Origin: an uncultured Methanosarcinales archaeon
GTDB taxonomy: Archaea; Nanobdellota; Nanobdellia; Woesearchaeales; DSVV01
Assembly (NCBI GenBank): GCA_964452935.1
Contig: CAYVNO010000006.1
Span: forward strand, 5,574 to 69,573
Direction of reading: 5' to 3'
DNA: 64,000 nucleotides
The notes beneath the pieces are model-generated. The model was not told the origin of the DNA. It ran no database searches and worked only from the letters and a program-made list of their open reading frames with translations. This document shows positions 40,055 through 47,691 of the stretch, one piece after another. The position numbers were made by a program, and so were the translations under genes. Each line of letters opens with the position of its first letter. Position 1 is the first letter of the stretch.

Positions 40055-41458
40055 GTGATCAATTTGGAAGATAACTACGATGTAATCATTGTTGGAGCAG
40101 GGCCTGCAGGTTTATTTGCAGCTTATTCTTTTGTTGATAAAAACAAAAAAGTCTTAGTGTTAGATGAAGGCCATGAACCTATGAAGAGAAAAGAGTTTGT
40201 AGATAACAAACAACTAGTTGTAGAAGGCATATCAAACATAATGAGTGGAGTTGGTGGTGCAGGTTTGTTTTCAGATGGAAAACTTAACTATATCTCAAGA
40301 TTAGGTAAAACAGATTTAACAGAATTCATGCCTTTGGATGATGCAGATAAACTAATTGACGATGTAGAAAAAATCTTCAACCAATTCAATATGGATGGCA
40401 AAGTCTATCCAACTGACATGGAAAAAGCCATAGACATAAAAAAAACAGCAAAAAATCACGGCGTAGACCTATTAATAATTAAACAAAAACATCTAGGTTC
40501 AGATAATCTTCCATACCACATCCAAAATATGGTTGATTGGTTAAAAACAAAAGGTGTAGAATTCAAAACAAATGAACACATTACTGAAATTATAATCAAA
40601 GGTGATGACTGTATAAGAAATGTAGTTGGTGTAAAATCATCAAGCAACACATACAAGGGAAAAAATGTAATTGTAGCACCAGGAAGAACTGGATCAAAAT
40701 GGTTATATGAAGAAGCAAAAAGATTGGGTATTCAAGTTAAATACAGAGCAGTAGAAGTTGGAGTTAGAGTTGAAGTCCCAAAAGAGATCATGGATAAAAT
40801 AACAAGTATAATCTATGACCCGACTTTTTTTATCTACACAGATACATATGACGACCACATAAGAACATTCTGTACTAACAGAGATGGATTTGTAGCAAGA
40901 GAAGATTATAATGGTGGATTTGTCTGTGTTAACGGACACGCAGAAAAAAAGAGGCATTCAGAAAACTCAAACTTTGCATTTCTAAGTAAAATATCTTTAA
41001 CAGAACCAATGACTGACACATATAAATATGGAAAATCTATAGGACAATTAGCAACAACAATTGGTGGAGGAAAACCAATTCTTCAAAGATATATTGACTT
41101 GAAAAAAGGAAGAAGAAGTACTTGGGAAAGAATAAAAAGAAGTTATGTAACTCCAACACTAAAAGATGCAACTCCTGGTGATATTTCAATGGCATTACCT
41201 TCAAGAATTGTAACAAATATTGTAGAAGGTCTAGAAAAATTAAACAATATTATTCCTGGAATAGCCTCAAACTCAACTTTATTATACGCTCCTGAAATAA
41301 AATTCTTTTCTACACAAATCGAATCAAATAATGATCTACAAACAAAAATTAATGGACTATCTATCGCAGGAGACGGAGCAGGCGTCGCAGGAAATATTGT
41401 AGGTGCAGCCGCTACTGGGCTCATAGCTGCAAAAGGAATTCTAAAGAAAGAAAGATGA
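40055..41458 (+). CDS. FAD-dependent oxidoreductase (COG2509-like)
   Basis: YDVIIVGAGPAGLFAA dinucleotide motif. GTG start. C-terminal GDGAGVAGNIVGAA. Confidence 0.75.
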   Translation: MINLEDNYDVIIVGAGPAGLFAAYSFVDKNKKVLVLDEGHEPMKRKEFVDNKQLVVEGISNIMSGVGGAGLFSDGKLNYISRLGKTDLTEFMPLDDADKLIDDVEKIFNQFNMDGKVYPTDMEKAIDIKKTAKNHGVDLLIIKQKHLGSDNLPYHIQNMVDWLKTKGVEFKTNEHITEIIIKGDDCIRNVVGVKSSSNTYKGKNVIVAPGRTGSKWLYEEAKRLGIQVKYRAVEVGVRVEVPKEIMDKITSIIYDPTFFIYTDTYDDHIRTFCTNRDGFVAREDYNGGFVCVNGHAEKKRHSENSNFAFLSKISLTEPMTDTYKYGKSIGQLATTIGGGKPILQRYIDLKKGRRSTWERIKRSYVTPTLKDATPGDISMALPSRIVTNIVEGLEKLNNIIPGIASNSTLLYAPEIKFFSTQIESNNDLQTKINGLSIAGDGAGVAGNIVGAAATGLIAAKGILKKER

Positions 41459-41467
41459 TATAAACAG

Positions 41468-42175
41468 TCACTTCTTTAGCTCTTCTAACATTCTTTTCAC
41501 TAAACTTGCTTTTAGGTTATCACCTAAAACTTGTTCTGCAATATATTCTTGTAAATCAAATCTAGAAATAATCTTATCAGCAGCTTTTTTTACACCAACA
41601 TTTATTTTAAATTTCTTTCCAGAATAAAATAACAAAGCAAAGATATCACACGCATCTTTTAATTCTTTGTCTAATTTTTCTCTTTCAAAAAATGAAGTTA
41701 CTTTTAGGTTCAATAAAGAATCAACAGTAAAAACTGGACATCCTTCAATTTCCTCTGTTTTCATATTTTCTAATTTAGGAAACACCCAACTCCCCAACAT
41801 TTTAGTCTTTTTATCTGAGAACACATCTAAAAAAATATAAACAAGATTAAAAATAGGTTTTTGTTTGGATCTCTCGGAAGAAATTATCTTATTTTCTCCT
41901 CTGTCATAAATTAGTTCATATCTAAAACTATAAGCACTTCCTGTAAACCCCATCCCCTTAATAATATCAAAAAATTCTTGTTCATTCTTATGGTCCACAA
42001 AAACATCAATATCTCTTGATCTTAAATACTCTTTGCCAAAAGCTTTCTGATATTCATCTTTTACTTGTAAAAAAACCGCCCACCCTCCGAGAACAGCCCA
42101 CCTAAGATCTGTAATCTTTTCTTTTAATTTTTGTAGATATTCATACGATATATCTGTTTCAACAGGATCATACAT
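41468..42175 (-). CDS. AbiEii/AbiGii-like nucleotidyltransferase (type IV toxin candidate)
   Basis: LGGWAVFL ... RSRDIDVFVD resembles the GGxAL...DxD NTase core of AbiEii. 8-nt overlap with the upstream wHTH gene. Confidence 0.5.
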   Translation of the reverse strand: MYDPVETDISYEYLQKLKEKITDLRWAVLGGWAVFLQVKDEYQKAFGKEYLRSRDIDVFVDHKNEQEFFDIIKGMGFTGSAYSFRYELIYDRGENKIISSERSKQKPIFNLVYIFLDVFSDKKTKMLGSWVFPKLENMKTEEIEGCPVFTVDSLLNLKVTSFFEREKLDKELKDACDIFALLFYSGKKFKINVGVKKAADKIISRFDLQEYIAEQVLGDNLKASLVKRMLEELKK

Positions 42176-42785
42176 CTTTTTCCCTCATTATTTTCAAAAT
42201 TTGTTCAGCAGCTTCTTCTGCCCTTCCACCATAAGATAAAAGATCGGTATATAGTTGAGGTAGAGAAATTATTTTAACATCTCTTACCTCTTGACTACCA
42301 TAAAAATGATTCTCATCAACTAAATAACAAACAATATTGCCTTTTTCTGCTAACATAATTCCATTTTTTATAAATATATCCTTAATTTTTTCTTTCTCTG
42401 GAATATAAAGATGAACTTTATTTGGAGCAACATAAGGAGATATGATTTCTGTAGCAGAAAACAAGGTAAAAGCATATTCTTCCTTCCTTAGCAATTGACT
42501 TATCTTTTTAATTAAATATTGAGGTCTTTCCGGAGCCAAAAACTCCATTCTTTGATTTTCTTTAATAGAAACAGTATATGACCATGCTTTTAATAACTTT
42601 TCATAATTAACTACCTTTATTCCCCTTCTTTTTTCTAAATGACCACACGATTCTAAAGCTCTAACTATCTTGACAGTCATTCCCAACGATACTCCAGCTT
42701 TCTTAGCAAGATCTCTAACTGTTAGTTTCTCTTTCTCATTCAATAAAACTCTTATTATGTCTTGCGTTGTCTTGTTCAATATCAT
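42168..42785 (-). CDS. AbiEi-like wHTH transcriptional regulator (antitoxin candidate)
   Basis: N-terminal wHTH (TVRDLAKKAGVSLGMTVKIVRALESCGHLEKRRG). C-terminal LPQLYTDLLSYGGRAEEAAEQIL resembles the AbiEi C-terminal domain. Confidence 0.5.
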   Translation of the reverse strand: MILNKTTQDIIRVLLNEKEKLTVRDLAKKAGVSLGMTVKIVRALESCGHLEKRRGIKVVNYEKLLKAWSYTVSIKENQRMEFLAPERPQYLIKKISQLLRKEEYAFTLFSATEIISPYVAPNKVHLYIPEKEKIKDIFIKNGIMLAEKGNIVCYLVDENHFYGSQEVRDVKIISLPQLYTDLLSYGGRAEEAAEQILKIMREKDV

Positions 42786-42791
42786 TTTTAT

Positions 42792-42819
42792 ATGTTCACA
42801 GTAGTTTATAAATGTTCAC
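42792..42819 (-). promoter_or_regulatory. Promoter of the AbiE-like operon: TATA box flanked by two 8-nt direct repeats
   Basis: ATGTTCAC at 42792..42799 and 42812..42819 (GTGAACAT on the coding strand) flank TTTATAAA (42805..42812), about 23 nt upstream of the ATG at 42785. Confidence 0.4.
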
Positions 42820-42992
42820 TCATATTTAAATATTTATATACTGAAACATACATGTAAGCAACAAAAGTTATATATGAATAAAACTTACATGTCTAACACA
42901 TAAATAATACTTAATTTCATCAAATAGTGGTAACATAACCAAAAGATTTATATATGGCCTCCAATTCTTCTACATCATAAATATTCACCGAG

Positions 42993-43949
42993 GTGCTTAA
43001 TAAAATGAGTTTAGAAGGACAATTAACAAATGAGAGAGGAACATTAAAAGAATCATATTCTAGAGTAAAACCTGAAACAGTACAACATTCTGATGAAATA
43101 CAAACAGATAGACTGACTGATGAAGGATTAAGAAATGTATGGTTTTGGACAGCAGATTTTCCAATGTACAGAGTTGAAGATGATAAAGGGAATGCTGTTC
43201 AAGGCAGAGCTGTTGAAGATGGTGAAGCAGTATTATATTTAGCAAGAAGAGAGCATAATTTAGTTTTTCAAAACATAGAAGAAGCTACAGATCAATTAAT
43301 AAGAACTAATAATTATGTTGTAGAAAATCAAGAGGATATTGAATCTATGGTAAATGCAGAATCTACTGTAAGGATAGTGCTTTCAAACTTAGGGTTGAAA
43401 AGGCACAATGATGAATTTTCTTATATTGAATTAAACACTAAAACATTAGCAGAAGGAAGAGAAGCTGTCTTAGAACAGTATGGAGAAGATGTTACTGCTT
43501 TTGTTGACAGGGTTCATGGAGATGCTGGTTATGAAAAAGAAGGCATTGGTGATTTGTTGGCAGAGAAAGGAAGAAATATTACAAGGATTTATGTTTTAAA
43601 TCCAGAATATGTTAAAGGTAAACGTGCAATTAGGGAAGGTAAATCTCTTGCGCGGGCTTGTAGGCTCGTTGACTTTGACTACTATTCCAATTTCTACGCC
43701 GGTGTCCGTAATGTTGACGAGTCCGACTATGCCCTGCGTGGGGTACCAGTTATCGCCGAAGGCGACGCACAAAATTTAGAACATAGTGCACAAGTAGCTT
43801 CAAAAGAAGTAACAGCAAAATACACTCCTGAAGGTGTATTAAGTTACATGAGTGCACATAAGCAAGAACTTGCAGATGCAATGCAACCATCTAATAACAT
43901 AGATCTTGCAGAAGTTCAACTTATGTATGATACTAAACAAAACCAATAA
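42993..43949 (+). CDS. DGR target (variable) protein, 318 aa, no signal peptide recognised
   Basis: Contains the VR at codons 219-250 (LARACRLVDFDYYSNFYAGVRNVDESDYALRG). N-terminal two thirds acidic, with no known motif. Confidence 0.8.
   Translation: MLNKMSLEGQLTNERGTLKESYSRVKPETVQHSDEIQTDRLTDEGLRNVWFWTADFPMYRVEDDKGNAVQGRAVEDGEAVLYLARREHNLVFQNIEEATDQLIRTNNYVVENQEDIESMVNAESTVRIVLSNLGLKRHNDEFSYIELNTKTLAEGREAVLEQYGEDVTAFVDRVHGDAGYEKEGIGDLLAEKGRNITRIYVLNPEYVKGKRAIREGKSLARACRLVDFDYYSNFYAGVRNVDESDYALRGVPVIAEGDAQNLEHSAQVASKEVTAKYTPEGVLSYMSAHKQELADAMQPSNNIDLAEVQLMYDTKQNQ
43648..43741 (+). repeat. DGR variable region (VR)
   Basis: Aligns without gaps to 44196..44289. 13 mismatches, 12 of them at positions where the TR has A. 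Confidence 0.85.
43753..43765 (+). promoter_or_regulatory. GC-rich hairpin 11 nt downstream of the VR (candidate DGR target-recognition element)
   Basis: TCGCC-GAA-GGCGA, a perfect 5-bp GC-rich stem with a 3-nt loop in an AT-rich genome. Confidence 0.4.
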
Positions 43950-44195
43950 TTTTATTAATTTCTAATTTTATTTTTTCTTTTGTCTCAGTATGACTCTACT
44001 TGTATAAGTGGAGTAGTGCTGGACTACATGCTCTTTTGCTATGGCAAACGATATTGTTTGTTATAAAATACAGCTGTGACACATGAACTGAGGTTTATAT
44101 GGTTGAAACAGCAGTGCAAGATACATGAAAACTTATTTAGTTTTTCATGTCCTAAAAATCCATTTGGGTTTTTATGACAGCAAAAGAGCTACTAG

Positions 44196-44289
44196 TTGCG
44201 CGGGCTTGTAGGCTCAATGACTTTGACAACAATTCCAATTTCAACGCCAATGACCATAATGTTGACAATTCCAACAATGCCCTGCGTGG
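44196..44289 (+). repeat. DGR template repeat (TR)
   Basis: Contains 10 AAY codons in the VR reading frame. Lies 34 nt upstream of the probable RT start codon. Confidence 0.85.
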
Positions 44290-44323
44290 AATAGCCCACA
44301 CTTATGCTGAGACAATTATTAAA

Positions 44324-45434
44324 ATGCGCAGAGACTTATGGAAAGAATTTACAAGCTATGACAACCTCAAACTTGCGTACCAAAAAGCAAGGAAACATAA
44401 AACAACTAAAGATTATGTTATTGATTTTGAGAAAAATCTTAAAACTAATCTTCTCCTGCTTCGTTCTGAACTTTTACTACATTCTTATAGACCAAAACCC
44501 TTAGTAAATTTTATCATCAGAGACCCAAAGACTAGAAAAATAAGCAAATCTGATTTTAGGGACAGAGTTATACATCATGCTTTATGCAACATTATAGAAC
44601 CAATCTTTGAAAAAGGTTTTATCCATGACTCTTATGCTAATCGAATAAATAAAGGCACTCTAAAAGCAATTGAAAGATTTGATTATTTCAAAAGAAAAGC
44701 AACAAAGAATAACACAATAAAAGCTTACGTCTTCAAAGCAGACATAAAAAAATACTTTGAAAACATAAACCATAAAATCTTGTTAAATATAATCAAGAGA
44801 AAAATAAGAGATAAAAAAGTTTTATGGCTAATAAGACTGATACTTAGTCACGCAGGGGGGGGGCGAACAGAAGAATGGAATGCCTTTGGGCAATCTCACG
44901 TCCCAATTCTTTGCCAATGTTTATCTTAATGAACTTGATTATTTTGTAAAACATAAACTAAAAATAAAATATTACATTAGATATGTTGATGATTTTGTAA
45001 TTATTCATAGATCAAAAGAGAAAATTGAAGAATACAATAACAAAATAAATCACTTCCTAACAAATAGATTATCAATCCAACTACATCCTGATAAATCTAA
45101 GATCATCCAAATGAATAAGGGAATAAACTTTCTAGGATTGAAAATCCTTCAATATCATAAGATCATACAAAAGAAAAACAGAAGACAATTCACCAATAAA
45201 TTAAACAATTATGTCTCAGAATACAAGGAAAACAATATGAACTATGATAAAATCTATGATTTTCTTGAAGGATGGTTGGCTTACACTAAACACACAAATT
45301 CATACAAACTAAGGAATAAAATTACTAGTAAGATAGAAAAAACATTTCACAATGAGATATCAACAAAAGAAATAAATAGAATAATAAAACTATCTACAGA
45401 CTCAACGAAGAATAATACAAATGACTCATTATAA
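44324..45434 (+). CDS. DGR-type reverse transcriptase, interrupted by a +1 frameshift in a G9 homopolymer (44855..44863)
   Basis: Track ORFs 44174..44929 and 44880..45434 are in different frames. The first carries RT motifs 1-3 (RKISKSDFRDRVIHHAL). The second carries motif 4 PLGNLTSQFFANVYL (the DGR-typical (I/L)GxxxSQ) and motif 5 YIRYVDDF. The probable start is ATG 44324; upstream codons are just the open TR. Confidence 0.8.
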
Positions 45435-45978
45435 AATTATGTTGGAATAACGCCCACATTTTATATCTCTCCATCATATCAGGATCAATATAATTTGCTT
45501 CACAATGCATTATCTGATTCATCTTTGTCGCTCTTATTATCTCTGTAACCTCTTTAAATGTTGCTGTCTGTTGATTCTCTCTTGCCTCAACCGGTCCTCT
45601 ATCTTCCTCTCCCCAAGATAAACTTGAATAATCATAATCAACTGAACCATACACATTCTCTCTCAAATACTCTGATAAGAATCTCTGATAAGCTTGTAAC
45701 TGTTTAGCATATTGCTCAATATGGAATCTCTCAAAACCATCCATCTTAACAGTGATGCCCAAGACACCGTCAAGAAATTTATCATTTTTCTTTCCTTGAA
45801 TCTCTTTATCATCATCTATTGCAGAAAAAGCATCCTTCTTTTTCTTTATTTTTGCTCTCTCCTCTAAATCCTTCTCAGATTTTCTCTGCAAGGCTTTAAG
45901 AAATAACTCTTCTAACTCACTAAGATCTGGCTTTTTCTCTTTTTTCTTCAATCTTTTAACAAGATCAACTTTTCCCAT
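45394..45978 (-). CDS. Hypothetical protein with a Lys/Glu-rich N-terminus
   Basis: ORF track only. Its 3' end overlaps the RT 3' end by 41 nt (convergent). Confidence 0.4.
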   Translation of the reverse strand: MGKVDLVKRLKKKEKKPDLSELEELFLKALQRKSEKDLEERAKIKKKKDAFSAIDDDKEIQGKKNDKFLDGVLGITVKMDGFERFHIEQYAKQLQAYQRFLSEYLRENVYGSVDYDYSSLSWGEEDRGPVEARENQQTATFKEVTEIIRATKMNQIMHCEANYIDPDMMERYKMWALFQHNFIMSHLYYSSLSL

Positions 45979-46281
45979 AAAAACAAAAAAGAATAAGTAA
46001 TATATAAATTATGTGCTATTAGCACTGGACACCATTTGTCCACTGGTCTTAAACTATTGAATTCTGGACTCTCAGCCTTTCTCTGACACCCCAAAAAGCA
46101 CTAGACTTGCTGGTGTGAAGCTTATATATGATTAATTCATTCTAATTATAAAAAAGACACGCAAATCTACTAAATAATATTTTTTGGTCATAGACACAAA
46201 AAATAATTATGTAGATTCGCTAGAAGTCTTTTTCTTAAAATACTCCAAACTTAAAATAATAAAAGTTTGGAGGTGTAAAGA

Positions 46282-47691
46282 ATGAAAAGTATAATAAGAA
46301 ATATAAAGATTGAAAAAAGAGAAGGTTGTGTGGCCCATATAATCCCTCTTCTAAAAAAAGCACAAATTAAAATGGGCGACTGGTTGATTTTAAAAGCTAA
46401 GAATATAACTGATAATAAGGAATTAATTTTTCCAACTAATGTTAGGAGCATTTATAGAATAAATATAAGAAAAAATATTAGAACTAAGTTAGGATTAGTA
46501 TTTGATAAAAAGATACTAGTCCAATTTGAAGTTATAAAAAAATTAGATAAAATCAAATTAAATAATGGTCCAATTAATTTCTTGTGCATTAACTTAACTG
46601 AAGTTCTCCCAAATTATGTAAAAATAAAGACCAATAAGGTATATCTGCTTTGTTTCAAATGGGATAATCAATTAATTTTTAGTTACAAAAACTCAAAATC
46701 TTCAAACTATATAATTTTAAATAATAATCTAGTTCTTGATCCGTTTATAGTTGGTTTATGGAGGGCCGAGGGTGGAAAGTATTCCTTAACAAGGTCTGGA
46801 CTCCAATTTACCAATAGCAATTTAGAAATTGTTAAGAAATGGATAGATTATATTTGTTCTTTAGGATTTTCAAGAGATGATTCGAGAATTTCTTATTATA
46901 TTCAATATATTTCTCCAAGAAGAGATCTCAAAAGAGAAAGAAATTTGATTAATTATTGGTCAGATAGATTAGATCTACCGAAAAATTCATTTGGATTCAT
47001 ATATAAAACCGGACCAGGATATAAAGCAAAAAAACATGGAACTATTCAAATAAAATTTAATAATTCTACATTATCTTTTATTATTCAATATTTATTTATG
47101 AAATTTGAAAAGTCACTTTTGTTAGAGAAATGGGATAAAAATATTGTTAAAGATTATATTAAAGGGGTTATGTGTGATTGTAGCCTTAGGGGAAAAAGTT
47201 TAGCAGAAATAAGGTTTTCGACTTCATGTAAAAATGAAGCTGAATTATATAAAAAATTATTATTCAAATATTTTAGTATAACCTCAAGAATTTTCCCAGA
47301 TAAAAGGAATAAATGCTTTTATTTAAGGTTAAGTCGATGGGAAAATTTATTAATTTTTTTGAGACATAGTCTATTTGATACTGATTCTTGGAAGGGTACG
47401 AACAATAATTACAATAAATTCAAGACTGGAATTATCAATCATTTGTATTCAAAGATCATACTTTCTTTATCTTCAGATAGTCTAAAAACAGATGATGAGA
47501 TAACGTCTAATTTATTAATTAACGAGCCAAAATCAAATAAACATGGCAGGATTACCTTAATCAAAAGGGGGATAAATTTTCTAATTTCAAAAAACTTTCT
47601 AAAAAAGAAAGAAAATAAAATTTCTTTATCTTCAAAAGGTTTACAAACAAAAACTTATTTAGTTAGATTAAGTGCCCTCCTCCCAAGATGA
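46282..47691 (+). CDS. LAGLIDADG-like (homing endonuclease-like) protein with a possible AbrB/SpoVT-like N-terminus
   Basis: FIVGLWRAEGG resembles a LAGLIDADG motif. A second, degenerate motif is YIKGVMCDCS. Extremely AT-rich. GGAGG Shine-Dalgarno-like sequence 8 nt upstream. Confidence 0.35.
   Translation: MKSIIRNIKIEKREGCVAHIIPLLKKAQIKMGDWLILKAKNITDNKELIFPTNVRSIYRINIRKNIRTKLGLVFDKKILVQFEVIKKLDKIKLNNGPINFLCINLTEVLPNYVKIKTNKVYLLCFKWDNQLIFSYKNSKSSNYIILNNNLVLDPFIVGLWRAEGGKYSLTRSGLQFTNSNLEIVKKWIDYICSLGFSRDDSRISYYIQYISPRRDLKRERNLINYWSDRLDLPKNSFGFIYKTGPGYKAKKHGTIQIKFNNSTLSFIIQYLFMKFEKSLLLEKWDKNIVKDYIKGVMCDCSLRGKSLAEIRFSTSCKNEAELYKKLLFKYFSITSRIFPDKRNKCFYLRLSRWENLLIFLRHSLFDTDSWKGTNNNYNKFKTGIINHLYSKIILSLSSDSLKTDDEITSNLLINEPKSNKHGRITLIKRGINFLISKNFLKKKENKISLSSKGLQTKTYLVRLSALLPR

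Larger units (their letters stand above)
42993..45434 (+). mobile_element. Diversity-generating retroelement: target gene with VR, non-coding spacer, TR, reverse transcriptase
   Basis: A 94-nt VR/TR repeat pair with adenine-specific mismatches, plus an RT carrying the LGNLTSQ and YVDD motifs (see component features). Confidence 0.85.

Noticed and set aside
43980-44095. A possible sixth, degenerate copy of the repeat family in the DGR spacer (CTCAGTATGACTC ... GACACATGAACTGAG).
   Set aside because: Only the 4-6 bp CTCAGT/ACTGAG pairing and a loose match to the 3' block are present. There is no outer stem, no CCAAG box and no inner pairing.
44174-44323. The N-terminal 50 codons of track ORF 44174..44929 (MTAKELLVARACRLNDFDNNSNFNANDHNVDNSNNALRGIAHTY...) as part of the RT protein.
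   Set aside because: This stretch is the TR itself, which stays open because it copies the VR reading frame. RT homology (LWKEFTSYDNLKLAYQKARK...) begins right after the Met at 44324.
45394-47691. Convergent 3' overlaps (RT with ORF 45394..45978, 41 nt; LAGLIDADG-like ORF with ahcY, 24 nt) as evidence of antisense regulation.
   Set aside because: Short tail-to-tail overlaps are common in compact genomes and may only reflect ORF end positions. Nothing further in the sequence supports a regulatory role.
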